Shown here: positions 13,960-27,757 of the stretch, one piece after another
Layout of the letters: each line of letters begins with the position of its first letter
Numbering within the stretch: the first letter of the stretch is position 1
Assembly: GCF_009914755.1 (NCBI RefSeq)
Contig: NC_060940.1
Origin: the human T2T-CHM13v2.0 reference genome, Homo sapiens
DNA: 64,000 bases
Strand: one strand, 5' to 3'
The notes under the pieces: model-generated
Databases searched by the model: none
Told to the model about the DNA's origin: nothing
What the model saw: only the letters and a program-made list of their open reading frames with translations
Made by a program: the position numbers and the translations under genes

Positions 13960-14200
13960 CATGTATGCATAAATATAGTTATTGCAACATTATTTGTAAA
14001 AGCTACAAATGGCAAACAACCCAGATGTCCATCAGTAGGGGATGGCTAAACTAATTATGATCTATTCAATTAATGGAATTCCCTACATCTCGTCAAAAGA
14101 ATTGGGATCTCTATGGCATTGCACGGAGATGAAGCAGTCTTGAAGATGTTTATTGAAGTGCAAAAAGCAAGGTGTAGAACAACATGAATGATAAGTTACT
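13960..14200 (+). mobile_element. Ancient L1M 3' fragment
   Basis: aaacaacccagatgtccatcagtagggga. Confidence 0.65.
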
Positions 14201-14859
14201 ACTTGTAATTTTAAGGACAGAGATTTAAATACATGGTTAAAGGAACACTAATCCATCACTTTCTCTGTTTACTTCCATGTTGAGGGAATTGTTTCATTTA
14301 ACACTTCCGCCTCTCTCTCCCTATCCTTATAGCAACTTTGCAGCAGCACCAACAGCAGTAAACCTGTTGTTTTGATTCCCTGCAGCCACATGTCCTACCT
14401 CAGATGGTTCAGAGCTTGGAAGGGGCAAAGAAGACTGTCATATCTTCACTCTCATCAAACCCCCAACATCTATACATGCTTGCGAAGACACTGTGGTCTC
14501 TAGAGAGAGCCTCAAAAACCTGATTCCTGTGGTTGTCTCAGAATAACAAAGGACTCTAGAACTCAGAGGTAGAGGGATGCTTACTGCTTGAAATGTCTTA
14601 AATGTGCAGGCAATTGCTCTTAAAACGAATATTTTAATGGTCAGTTGAGGATTATTCTGAGTCAATATTATGATAAATCCATTTTGCAAACTTGGGTAGG
14701 AAATTTTGGGTTGCAGAAGCCCGCCCCTTTCTAATCTTAATGATAAGTGATAAATAGGTAAGCGTTAAGAAAAAACATAACAAGTAAAATCTCTAGTCTG
14801 CTTTCCATGGGAAAGATCAGAATTGGAGAATTTTAATTCTCAATGAAGAAATTCACTGA

Positions 14860-15235
14860 GGGAGTGAGGTTCTTCTCAAACATTTTTAGGGCTGAGAAAC
14901 TCACTTCCTGCAGCTGGAGATTCTTCCTTGTGTTGAAACTAAATCTGGGTCTTGTAACTTGGATTGTATCTATTGATTCCAATTCTTCCCTCTAAAACCA
15001 CACAACAAGAGGTCTCACCCCTGCCCCTTTCCAACACCTGAAGAGGCAATCAAGTCCCCCAAAACCTTCCTTCTCCTGGTCAAACATCCCCAATTCCTTT
15101 AACCATTCGTCATGACTCATGTCTTTGAGGGTCTCCTCACCATCCTTTCTACCTCCCTGAAACACATTCCTGTTTATAAATAGGCTTCCAGAAAACATGT
15201 GACTCTCGGAACTAAACACAGTTCTCCAGGTGTGT
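14860..15235 (-). mobile_element. CR1/L3 LINE 3' remnant
   Basis: ORF 14992-15219 MSHDEWLKELGMFDQEK..DCLFRCWKG resembles the CR1 ORF2 tail LSYEERLKELGLFSLEK..FKYLKG. Confidence 0.75.
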
Positions 15236-15429
15236 TATTTTCTTGGACACACTTGGTTGGCGTGAATCCTTTGAGCAGCACAATTGAGGCATGGTCATGT
15301 ACAAGTTGCCCTGAAACCAGGAGCCCCTATCTCTCCATCTCTCCCACCAATATATCTCAAAAGACATCATGCAAGGCTGCCCCTTGTTTTTCCTGAATGG
15401 CCAGTCTGGTCACCTTACGAAAAAGAAAA

Positions 15430-15600
15430 ATACGTATTTTTTAATATTTTTCATTATTAAAAAATACATATTTTTAAATGTTTCATTATTTTTATTTTTC
15501 ATAATTTCAATATTATTATATTTTATATTGTTATTATATTATTATATTTTAATATTTTTCATTATACTTTAATATTTTTCATTATTTTCATAATTTTTAA
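15430..15600. repeat. AT-rich low-complexity tract
   Basis: Degenerate tttaatatttttcatta units. Confidence 0.85.
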
Positions 15601-16197
15601 ATGAGTTACCTGCCCCCACTTTTCTTCTAACCTCGTCTTCAAATGCCTCCATGTTCACTGTACTCCAATCATATCAGCCAACCCAGGCAGTCTTCTCCTC
15701 AGAGACTTGGCATTTGCCCTGCCCTCTGCCTGGCTCTTCCTTCAGATCCTTATCAACTGTCTGTTTTTCAGAATCCTTTCCTGATAACTCTTTTTTAAAA
15801 TGAGATAAAATTCACATAGCATAAAGTTAGCTGTCTGAACATATACAGGGTACTGGCATTCAGTCCATGCAGAATGTGGTGCAGCCATCACCTTGGTCGC
15901 ATTCCAAAACATTTTCATTACCCCAAAAGGAAATCTCATAACTATTAAGTAGTCACTTCCTAATTCCACCCTTCACGACAAATGAAAACATGTCCAGCTG
16001 TACACGAATGTATATAGCAGATTTATTTATCATTACCAAAACTGGAAACAATCCAAATGTCCATTACCTAGTGAATAGATAAGCAAATTGTGGTACATGC
16101 ATGCAATGGAATATTACTCAGCAATGTAAAGAACAAACCAGATACATGTAACATAAATGAGTATCAAACGCAGTATGCCAAGTGAAAGAAACCAGAA

Positions 16198-16504
16198 GGC
16201 CGGGCACGGTGGCTCACTCCTGTAATCCCAGCACAGGGATTGAGAGGCCGAGGGGGGCGGATCACGAGGTCAGAAGATTGAGACCAACCTGGCTTATACC
16301 GTGAAACCCCGTCTCTACTAAAAATACAAAAAAATTAGCCGAGTGTGGTGGCGGGCACCTGTAGTCCCAGCTACTCAGAAGGCCAAGGGAGGAGAACGGC
16401 ATGAACCCAGGAGGCAGTGCTTGCAGTGAGCCAAGAACACGCCACTGCACTCCAGCCTGGGCAACAGAGCAAGACTCCGTCTCAAAAAAAAAAAAGAAAA
16501 AAGA
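16198..16504 (+). mobile_element. Alu (Y/Sc-type)
   Basis: TSD aagaaaccagaa. Confidence 0.95.
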
Positions 16505-16744
16505 AAGAAACCAGAAACCAGACTTAAATGCTTATACTGTATGATTCTATTCCAAATAAGGCAAACGATAAAGTTAAAAATCACATTAGTCATTGTCAGG
16601 CTGGAAGTGAGGGAAAAACTATGAAAAGAAGTAAGGAAGAGTACTGGGGGGATGCTGGAATATATATCTTGTTATTGTAGAGGTCTTTACATGACTATAT
16701 GTGTTTGCCAAAATTCATCCGACTACATATAAAAAGGTAAATTG

Positions 16745-17049
16745 GGCCGGGCATGGTGGCTCACACCTGTAATCCCAGCACTTTGGGAAGCCAAGCCTGG
16801 TGGATCATGAGGTCAAGTGTTCGAGACCAGCCTGACCAACATGGTGAAACCCCGTCTCTACTAAAAATACAAAAATTAGGTGGGTGTGGTGGTGCGTGCC
16901 TGTAGTCCCAGCTACTCAGGAGGCTGAGGCAGGAGAATTGCTGGAACCCAGGAGGCAGTGGTTGCAGAGAGCTGAGATTGCACCAGTGCACTGCAGCGTG
17001 GGGAACAGAGAGAGACTTTGTCTCAAAAAGAAAAAAAAAAAAAAGAAAG
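16745..17049 (+). mobile_element. Alu (S-type)
   Basis: TSD aaaggt(a/t)aattg. Confidence 0.95.
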
Positions 17050-19789
17050 AAAGGTTAATTGTACTGTATGGAAATTAAACTTCAATAAACCTGACTTTTT
17101 AAAAAGTAAAATAATAAATAAAAATAAAAATAAAGAAATCACAGCAACCCTATTTCTTTCTCTGCTTTATTTTTCTCCATTTGACTTATTATCATATCAC
17201 GCTCTATATCATTTTACTTATTTATCTTTTCTGCTATCTGCTTGCCCCGACCCCCATCCCCTGTAGAAAGTAAACTACCATAAGAGAAGAAAATCAATTT
17301 TTAATTGTTTTAGTCATTGCTATATCCCCAGTGCCTAAAACAGTGCCTGGCACATACACATAAAATATTCTCAAAAAATATTTGTTAAATTAATTCATGA
17401 ATGGCTTTTGCTTTCTGAATTCATGCTGATTCCTTATCACCACTTTTTTTCCATTTACTTGAAAGCCATCTGTTCCAAATTCAATCTGAAATGTGACTGG
17501 AAACTTACCAGTGAGTTCTGCAGTCACTAGTTCTAAGAATACGCCTTTTTTTAACTTAAAAAATCAAGACCAGAGAATTCATCTCAAGCAGCATTGCTGA
17601 AGGCCTTTTCTTTAGTTAAAAAACTAAGCCTGTTTCAACCCACGGGCAAGCCCATAAGCAACACGGAGGGCCGTTCTACTGCATCCCATTCCCAAAAGCC
17701 TCCTCTATCTCCATCAGCATTGATTTCCTTGCTGCTGTCATATAGCCCTGTTTTGGTTTGCCTTGCTAACCTTTGGAACTACAGTACTGGGAAGACCCCA
17801 CCACTCACCTGGTTGAGTCCTGTCAAGTTGTATATGTGAAAACAAAGCCCCACAGATAAGACATAGCATAGCCAAAACCAAGCAATCAATAACTGCAAAT
17901 GCTAAGACTCAATTCCTCATGAAACAATAAGCTTTCAAAGAACAGACAATAGGATAGGTGTTATTCATCTTTGCACTCCCATAATCTAGGAGATTGCCTA
18001 GCAAGTAGGAGATGTTCAGCACCTTTTGCTAAGTTAATAAATGCCTCTGCAGCCTTATTTCTAGATAAGTAATCACACCACCTATGCATCAGGCACAGAG
18101 GCTTGCACTCTCTCTGGGATGAGCCTGCAGAATGACTTCACGGATGTCTTATATCAGCTGCTGGAAGCCAGTTGCATCCGAATCCGTCTATGCTCAGATA
18201 GGTCTGGGACTGTTTCTGGGGGAGTGACTAGGCTCTGGTTTCCAATAGCCATCCATCAATGACTTAGGAGGGCTTAGGGCTTTTCCAAAATTGAGCAGCA
18301 GCCTGTATACCATTCTCTGATCATGAAGGTTGCCATTCAACTCATCCCCAAGTTGGAGTTGCCCCCAAGTCCCTAATTAGGCGTTGGGTGTCCTTAGGTT
18401 GACCTGGCCCAGAGTGTCGTGCTTTCAGGCAACTCTGAATTAATAGCTTGCTATTCTAGAGAGAAGAAAAGTGTGGCTCAGAAGCAAATGGGACTTTGCC
18501 CAGAAAATCATTTAACATCTACACCTGTTATCCCCTCTGCCCTCATCCCCAAAGCTTTCCCTGGCTGGCCCCTTCTCAGCACGAATGATATTCTTCATGG
18601 ATCTCTTTCCTGGTTACACAGTTAATGTTGCTCTCCGCTGTGGGCCTCCTGTCACTATCACATCACTCTGCTTCGTTTTCTTTATCTAAAATTAACTGTT
18701 GATTTTGATTGCTTGCTGGTTCATTGTTCCTCTCTTACTAACTAGGTTATAAGTTCTGCATTACTTCCCCAGTGCCTAGAACATCAGCAGGCATATCATA
18801 GATACTCCACGATCATCTAAGAAAATAATAGTTAACCAGATGATTTCCAAAGTTGGCAGAGCTAGCTGGAAAACACCTCTGGCTAGTAAAAGGTCTTTAT
18901 CTCAGCCCAGGATCTTGTAGAATGACCTATCAGTTAGTCTATACTTCCTATGTGCTGAGCGCATTTTCACAACTTTGTGTTCACCCCCCGTTTCTCAGGT
19001 AAGGAAACAGAATCAGAAAATAGCATGCCCCAAAGAGCTCAGCCTGGAAGAGGCAGAGCTGAGACGCAAACACTAGTCCATCCAAGGCCGAAGCTGATGC
19101 TCTTAAGTCCTCTGATGCTCCCACAGCCCAGCTGAGCCAAAGAACAACAACAGCAGCAAGAATAATAATAGCTGACAATTACATGGTCCTTACCTTGTAC
19201 CAGGCACTGCTTTAAGTGCTTTAAGAGGGGCAGACCCGGGGGTGGAAAATAAAGTCATTGCCAACAAAAAGAGTCTATCCCAGTCCAAAAATATGGTTAC
19301 TCCTCCTACCAACAAGTGTTGTTCAGTAAAATACATCAGAGCACCGGTGGACAGCACTAGGCACATCGTGGGGACTTCACCCCTCTCCCCTATCCTTCCT
19401 CATCCTCTTCCCTCCCGGTATGAAAGGGAGGTTCTCAGATTGAACATTCAGTAGCTTAAAGGGGACATGGTGCAGTATATTTGGTAAATAGCCACCATAG
19501 GCCTTTGAGGAGAACAGAGGAGGTGTTCAGGGTGGAGGGAGGAACTCCGTACAATCATCGTCAAGAATAGCAAGAGCCCAGATGGACGCATATCAAATGT
19601 GCTTCACGCACATGATTCGGCCACCCTCTTTTCCACCAAGCCAAATATCCATAATTTAACAGTTGCAGAATATAAATGTTTCCTGCTGGCTTTGCATTCC
19701 CCAACTGGGGAGGAATAGTCATCACTTGCTTGGCAGACTTAGAGGCCATCTGAACACTGCTGGGCTTCTCGGCATCCTCGAAATTGCTT

Positions 19790-20195
19790 TTTTAAAAAAA
19801 TTTTAGATTCGGGGATATATGTACATGTTTGTTATATGGGTATCTTGTGTATTACCGGGGATTGGGCTTCCAGTGTATCCATTACCCAAACAGTGAACAT
19901 TGTAACCAACAATGTAACCAACAAAGTAACATTGTAACCAACAAAGTAACATAGGTACTTTTTCAACCCTCGCCCCACCCAACCTACTTCCCCTCTTTTG
20001 GAGTCCCCAGTGTCTATTATTTCCATCTTTATGTCATGGGTACCCATTGTTTAGCTCCCAGGTATAAGTGAGAACCTGTGGCATTTGGTTTTCTCTTTGT
20101 GAGTTATAATAGTTCACTTAGGATACTGGTCTCCAGCTCCATCCATATTGCTGCAGAGGGCATGATTTCATTCTTTTTTGATGGCTACATGGTAT
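19790..20195 (-). mobile_element. Old primate L1 3' end
   Basis: ttttggagtccccagtgtctattatttccatcttt..tccagctccatccat. Confidence 0.85.
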
Positions 20196-20388
20196 CAGAA
20201 CTGCTTTACATGGCCATGTGCCCTCTGCCTTCCAACAATGAGCAATACATGCATGAGGTTCTGTAGAGGTGGCGGGTAGCAATAGAGACAGGATGTGAAG
20301 GGTCAATGGCAGTGTCGGGTGTCAGGCTGTGCAGGCCTAAATATCAAACTAGGGCAGGTCAAACACCCTCAAGGATGCATACAGGGAA

Positions 20389-20416
20389 GTGTGTGTGTGT
20401 GTGTGTGTGTGTGCGC

Positions 20417-20456
<40 letters not shown>
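20389..20456. repeat. (TG)n microsatellite with CG interruption
   Basis: Direct reading. Confidence 0.98.
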
Positions 20457-20457
<1 letters not shown>

Positions 20458-21246
20458 GGGGAAGGGAGTCTGGAATAGTATTGCTCTCCATGACCACAGA
20501 AATACAATATTCCTGATCACTTTCTCTCACAGCAAGTTATCAACTCTTTGTGGCTCAGTCATTCATCACAGCCCTTCTTGGCTCATTTTAGGGTAACATG
20601 TTCTCAAAATGTGGCCTATGCAAACAGCATTCCAGGAATGCCCCAGCAACCAGAACTAGGGAGAAATGTCATCCTTTAGTTTAAAAAGTTGTCCCACACA
20701 CAAGCAACACAAGTACTCAATGCTGAAATTCTAGTGCGTTTTTAAATTAAATCTTCCTTTGGGATCCAAAAAGTACTTTGGGATTTTTCAAAACCTGGAC
20801 CATGGACAGAAATCTGATTTTTTAATGTCAAGGGGCTGACTTAGGGCATATCGTTTTACTCTCTTGGAGACAAGAGTTGCTGCTTTTGAATGAGTCCCAA
20901 AGGAGGCTGGTTTCATCAGTCATTTTCCATGAAAATGGAATAAATTCATATCATAATATTTTTAAAATTCTAGTTATTTATTCTTTAATTAAAAAGACAT
21001 TTATACAACAATGACTAAAAGGAATTATGTCAAATTGTTAACTGGGGTTATCTTTTAGTCATAATTTTTACAGTCCTTTTTACATTTTTGTTCTTTAAGT
21101 ATTTGTGCAATAAGCAGTTATTTACTGTTATAAACTTTCTATAAACATCAGGGGTTTTTTTGTTTTAAATTCCAGTTCTTTGAACTTTCTGTATCAGATT
21201 TATTTATTCAACATATATTTTTGAAGCACCTACTATGTGCTGTATC

Positions 21247-21455
21247 CAAGTTAGCAAACAACAGTCTAAAAGCTATGACTGCTTTGTATAAATAAAGTTT
21301 TATTGGAACACAGCCATATCACTTTATGTATTATCTGTGACTGGTTTTGCACTACCAAGGGCAGAGTTGAGTAGCTGCAACAGAGACCAAATGGCCCATA
21401 AAACCAGAAATATTTACTCTTTGGCCATTTCTGGAAAAACATTTGGTGGCCCCTG
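21247..21455. mobile_element. MER58A-like element nested in L2
   Basis: aaataaagttttattggaacacagcca. Confidence 0.8.
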
Positions 21456-21595
21456 TGCTATGTGAAAGGCTTTAACTTAGGTAATAGAAATCAACTGTGA
21501 ACAAAAACAAAAAAGATATCTCTCTAGGGTCATGGAGCTTATAGTTTTTGCCTAAACATTGGGGTTTCCAGTATCCTTAAAAACAGCTGTTCTGA

Positions 21596-21885
<290 letters not shown>

Positions 21886-22376
21886 ACAGCTGTTCTGTGG
21901 TTGCAGGAAATGTAAGCTGACATGTGGTGTTCACAGCTTTTTTCTGTGTGGTTAGAGCAGATTCTTGATGCTCCAGAGATGGAGAAACCCCAAGTCTTGT
22001 TTTCTCTCTTAGCAATAGAAGCAATATTATCCTGTGCACCTCCCCCTACCCCTGACACAGTGCCTGGTGCTTGGTTAAGCACTCAGTGAACCTCAGCTAT
22101 TATTACCAGCATTGCCCAGAGGGCTCCGAAGGGCATCACCATTCCTTGCATGGGACTCGAACTTAACCCGGATTTAAGAGGTTTCTTATGTCAAGCCAGC
22201 AGAACTCATAGGTCTAGAGAATTTAATGTACTTCTCTTTATTTATCTGAAATAGCTTATTTTAGGCCCATGAAGCTGAGAGTTTCAGCAACATGCTCATG
22301 GAAGGCAAATAATTCCTAAACTCAAGCATCACCCGGTTTGGGAATAGGAAATGAGTAATAAAGAAATGAGTCTCTA

Positions 22377-22667
22377 GGCTGGGTGTGGTGGCTCATGCCT
22401 CTAATCCCAGCATTTTAGGAGGCCGAGGTGGGAGGATCACTTGAGGACAAGAGTTCGAGACCAGACTGATCAACATGGTGAAACCCTGTCTTTATTAAAA
22501 ATACAAAAAAAATTAGCCAGCCTGGTGGTGCATGCCTGTAGTCCCAGCTACTCGGGAGGCTGAGGCAGGAGAGTTGCTTGAACCCAGGAGGCGGAGGTTG
22601 CAGTGAGCCAAGATCACACCCACAGCACTCCAGCCTGGGTGACAGAGCCGAGACTGCATCTCAAAAA

Positions 22668-22735
<68 letters not shown>

Positions 22736-22768
22736 AAAGAAAAAGAAAAAAGAAAATAAATAAAGAGA
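22377..22768 (+). mobile_element. Alu with (GAAA)n tail
   Basis: Full dimer; about 17 GAAA units. Confidence 0.95.
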
Positions 22769-23829
22769 AAAGAAATGAATTTCCCGTCCCAGTTCAGTAA
22801 ACAAGATTCCCTGTTCCCAGATGACACACACCAAACACCTTTGACTTCCACTGAACTCCATTTCCTTGGAAACAATATAATAGGATTAACAAAAGCCTGG
22901 AAGATTCTTAGAAGAGCTGCTGTTCTCTCCGCAACAGGAATGTGCTTAAGTATCCTATTAAAGAAGTGCACATTGGGTTGGCTGCAATGTTAACCTGCTA
23001 AGGATGTAGAAACACATCAGAAACAGGTGAGAGAGAAGCCAGGCTCAGAGCCTCCCCGGCAAAGGGAACTCTGTGGGTAAATGCTCTAATTAGGAGCTTG
23101 GATTCTGTTCAGTATTCAACAGGATCCATCCAAGTCTGTCTCCTTTATTCAATTAAGAAAATGATAGGAACCTTCAATTTTCCCTATCATTTAAAATAAT
23201 GATAAATGATCAGGTAGAGTTTGGACATGTTTTTAAGCTCATTTTTAAGAGAAACTTCTGCTGAATTTAATTATGCCTGCTTCTGGGAAACAGTCATCAA
23301 ACAGACTACTGGCAATTCAAATTGGCTCCCCCACGCAAACACACCCTTTGTCAGCGGCAATATCTGTGGCAGAATGAGTCACTCAAAACTGGGAGGGATG
23401 CTCTGCGTTTCAAAGATAAACAAAACAACAATAATAATAAACCTAACTTAGTCCAGGAAAAGAGAATAGAAAGGATTCAGGTAAGTGTTCAAATTGGAAG
23501 GAGTAACAAAAGAAGAAAAAATGAAAAAGAAAAACATCTGCCCAGCAACACTATGGAAGATGTATTTAGTGAGAGCTGCTCCACCTACCTGTACAGAATT
23601 CACTGTACTTGGAGACCTCGTTTTTTTTTGGTCTTCTGAATCGTTTTGTCTACTATGCCTGAATTTCTTTTTCCCATAGGACATACTCTGTATTGTTCAG
23701 GATTCAACTTCCCAAGATTTTTGCTTTACCTTTTTAATTTTGGAGTTATTTATGAAATGTGGAATAAGGAAAAAGAGGTGAAATCCTGCTAGCTTTTGGG
23801 GCTAGCATGGAATAAGGTTCACTTAAGAC

Positions 23830-24070
23830 TAAAGAGCATGGTTCTTTGGTTCATATAGTCTGAGTTTAAATCTGGCTCATCAGATAAATGACCTTAAGTG
23901 AGTTAACTACCTTCTGGAGGCTCAGCTTCCTCATTTGCTATGTAGTTAATAGTAATAGTTTATCCTCATTGGGTTATTGTGAGGATCAAATGAGATAGTG
24001 CATGTAACACTTATCATAGTGCCTGGAAAACAGTAAGTACACAGAACTGTTAGCTCTTGTTGTTGTTATT
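23830..24070 (+). mobile_element. MIR
   Basis: ggttattgtgaggatcaaatgagatagtgcatgtaa. Confidence 0.8.
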
Positions 24071-25251
24071 AACAACCAGCCCAATCCTAAAGTGAATGCT
24101 TAAATCCTCTTAATGACATAATATACAAGTGGTTGACCAGCCTTTATTTGAAAACTTCCAAAGGTTGAAAACTCCCTACCTATATCTCTATGTATATCTA
24201 TATGTACATCTATGGTTCTTAGGAAGTTTATTTATTCAGCTGAAACTCCTCCCACTGTGGCTTCTGCCCCTTGGTCTTAGTTCTATCCCTTGGGAAGCTT
24301 AAAGAGCAGGGATAATCCCTCTTTTACATTGTACTAGTGAAGGCTTGGTTTTTATTGGAAGTAATGAACACTAATTCTAGCAAGCTTTAGCATTAAAGGA
24401 AATTAACTAGAAATATCCTGGGGCATTTGATTAAATCAAGAAGAATAAGGAGGAGGAGGAAGAGGAGCAGGGCAATAAAGAAGGGGCAGAGGAATCATCA
24501 TCAGCCTCCAGGAATGCAGGAACTTGGGCAGGCTTGGACCTACCTCATCAGAAGGTGTCATCAAACCTTCTGTTTCTAGCATTACCACTAACAAATCTTA
24601 TCTACAGCTCCAAGAATCTTATTGGCTCAGCCTAAGTCAGGTGTCTATCCCTGGGTCAATCAACCCCAACCAGGGGCAGAGACACCTACTGAAGATCATG
24701 GTGAAGGAGGTGTATGAGGAGTAGGAAACCATCCCAAAGAAGGGTAAACTGTTGTGAATGGAGCAGCCTCCCAGCCAGGCTGTGGGAAATCCCAAGCCAT
24801 GTGATTAAACCATGGCACAATCTTCTAGATTCTTGAAGAAGCTGTTCTCTAGGGTAAATATCCTCAGTCCTTTCCACCACTAAGATTGAATTAATGAAAC
24901 GTACTTGTGTGATTATTTAGTGTTTTCACTAGAAAGTTGAGCTTTTTGAAGACAGAGGACCATGTCTATCTCATTCACCAACATATCCCAGCACTTAGCC
25001 AGAGGTTTGGCCACTACAGGTACTCAGATAACTGCTGAATTCATTAATTGACTGATTAACTTGTTATGTGTTATTTTTGAGAACTTTCTGGTTACTCACT
25101 TCCAAATATGGCTCTATCTGTCTCAGTCAGTTTCTATTCATGGTGAGAAGCTCCACTGTCGGTGTCCTATTTTATCTGCATAACATAGGAAGGAAGGTAA
25201 AATAACTCACAAGTCTTATTTTCAGTCACATAAAGATTTTATTTGCCCATC

Positions 25252-25790
25252 TGTTTTAGTTATCTATTCCTACATAACACACCCCAAAACATAGTGGCTT
25301 AAGACGACAATAGTCATTGACTTAACTCATGAATCTACAAATTGGGCAGGGCATGATGGGATGGCTCATCTCTGTTCCACATGGCATCAACTGGAGTAGT
25401 CTGGCTGGGGACAGGAGAATCCATTTTCAAGATGGCTGGTAAGTTGATGCTGACTGTCAGCTGGGAGCTCAGCTGAGGATGTAGACCACAACCTCAGATC
25501 CTCCCCACAGGTACCTCTCCATAGGCTGGTTGGACCTAGTCACAGCATGGTGACTTGGTTCCAAGAAAGAGTGTCTGAAGAAAGCAAGGCAGAGAAGTAC
25601 ATGACATTTTTATAATGCAACCTCAGAACTCACATAGCAACAATTCTACCACATGCTAGTGGTCAAGGAAGGGGAAGGGACATCTACCTCACCATGCTAT
25701 GGAAGAAGTGGCAAGGTCACACTGAAGAATGAGCATGTGGAATAGGAGATATTATTGAGGCAATCTTTGTAACATACAATCTGCCACACC
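25252..25790 (-). mobile_element. MLT1H-like LTR
   Basis: ccccaaaacatagtggcttaa..ctgggagctcagctg..aatctgccaca. Confidence 0.8.
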
Positions 25791-26354
25791 ATCTCTTCTC
25801 TTGTAGCCCAGGCCATTAAGTTGAGTTTCATCATTGTCAAAATTAAACTCTGTTCCCTGGTCCTCCATTCAATCATCACTTTTTGAGTCATCTATACCTG
25901 GCATAGGATTAAACCCTGGAAGTACACAGATAAATAAGAAAACTCCCTTCCACTGGGAGTTCACAGATGGGTAGAGAAGACGGATAATGAAACTCCAATG
26001 GGATGAGTGATTCAGCCAAGGTCAGCACAAGGCAGTATTGGCAGAGAAAGAAATGATGAATTCTGTCTAGAACGGAGGCTAAATCCTAGTTTATCTAAAC
26101 ACTTTTCTTTAGTGGACATGGTTTCTATCCTTCCACTAGGTTACCATTTTCAGAGTCAATATGTATTCCCTTAGACAAGCGTGTGGACAGCCAGATTGCC
26201 CCTGTTGTACTTTGTGGGAGCCAAACCAACCACAACCAAAAAGGATGGGACTGCTTCACTAACAAAGGGAGTAGCAACTGGGAATGATGTCTTGAGTCTT
26301 CCATAGGAGAGAGAACCTCACAAAGCAAGTAATAATAATAATAATAATAGTAAA

Positions 26355-27270
26355 TTTTTTCTAATACTCTTTAGTTTTCAGCACAGTTTTAGCTTTACAG
26401 AAAATTTGAGAAGACAGAAGAAAGAATTCCCATATTCATTCTTGTTCCCACTTTCTCCTATTCATAAGATTTTACACTGGTTTGGAACATTTATGATAAT
26501 GAAGGAACTGATATTGATACATTATTATTCACTGAAGTCCACTGTTTATTCAGAATTCTTTCATTTTTACCTACTTCCCTTTTTCTGTTCCAGGATTCCA
26601 TCCAGAACACCACATCCCACTAAGTTGATGAGCCCGTTTTGACTATAAGCAGTTTCTCAGACTTTCCCTGTTTTTGATAACCTTGGCAGTATTAAGGACT
26701 ACTGGTCATGTATATTGCAGGATTCCTCTCTATTGGGATTTGCCTGATGTTTTTCTTATGATTAGACTGGGGCTATGGGTTTTTGGGAGGAAGAGGACAG
26801 GGAGAAACTGCCTTTCTCATTGCATCGTATCAAGGGCAGTTAGGATCCGCATGATTTATCACTGTTGATTTTAACCTTGATCTCCTGGCTGAGGTGGTGT
26901 TTGTCAGATTTTTCCCACTATACAGTTACTCTTATTTTCTCTCCCTCTTCATACTGTACTCTTTGGAAGGAAGTCAATATATGCAGCTCACACTGCAAGC
27001 GTAGGCAGCTTTGCTTCTCCTTCTCGAGGGCAGAGTGTCTATATAAATTATTTGGAATTGTTCTGCATGAGAGATTTGTCTCTTCTCCATTTGTTTATGT
27101 GTTCAATTATTTATTTATACCAGTAGGACTCATGGATATTTATTTTATACTTTAGGCTCTAATCCAGTCCCACACTATTTTGTTGCTCAAAGTATTCCAG
27201 ATTCAGCCATGGAGAGCTCTTTCTATTGGCCTCCCTGTCACTTTGACATACTCCCATTGTTGAGAGTAAC
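26355..27270 (-). mobile_element. L1MC-type 3'UTR fragment
   Basis: gtttttgataaccttggcagtattaaggactactggtca..gattagactggggctatggg. Confidence 0.8.
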
Positions 27271-27330
27271 AACGACTTTTTTGCATATGTTTGGCTAGCA
27301 CTCGAATAGGAAGGCCATATTCTTACGTAT

Positions 27331-27757
27331 TGATATGGTTTAGATTTGTGTCCCCACCCAAATCTCACGTTGGATTATAATTGCCAATGCTGGAGGTGGA
27401 GTCAGTAGGAAGTGATTGGGTCATGGGGGTGGATTTCTCATGAATGGTTGAGTACTATCCTTTTGCTACTGCCCTCATAATAGTGAGTGACCTCTTGCAA
27501 GAGCTGGTCATTTAAAAGTGTGTGGCACTGCTTCCACTCTCTGTCTCTTGCTCCTGCTCTCATTATGTGATGTGCCTACTCCCCTGTCACCTTCCACCAT
27601 GATTGTAAGCTTCCTGAGGCCTCCCCAGAAGCCAAGCAGATGTTGTGGCCATGCTTCCTGTACAGCCTGCAGAACCATGAGCCAATTAAACCACTTTTCT
27701 TGTAAATTACCCCCTCTTGGGTATTTCTTCATAGCAATGCAAGAAAGACCGAATACA
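27331..27757 (+). mobile_element. MSTA/MSTB solo LTR
   Basis: tgatatggtttag..catgcttcctgtacagcctgcagaaccatgagccaattaaacc..aataca. Confidence 0.9.

Larger units (their letters stand above)
15620..17400. mobile_element. Nested cluster: L2 interrupted by L1M fragments (- at 15790-15970, + at 15975-17100) and two Alus
   Basis: L2 tail cagtgcctggcacata; L1M aaactggaaacaatccaaatgtcca. Confidence 0.7.

Noticed and set aside
14718-14760. GC-box plus tandem GATA motifs (another GC-box near 9755)
   Set aside because: Short motifs expected by chance; no CpG island or other promoter evidence in the window.
23478-23486. Perfect plus-strand donor CAGGTAAGT (another near 55919-55927)
   Set aside because: Isolated motifs without a convincing acceptor or frame; a non-coding exon cannot be supported from sequence alone.
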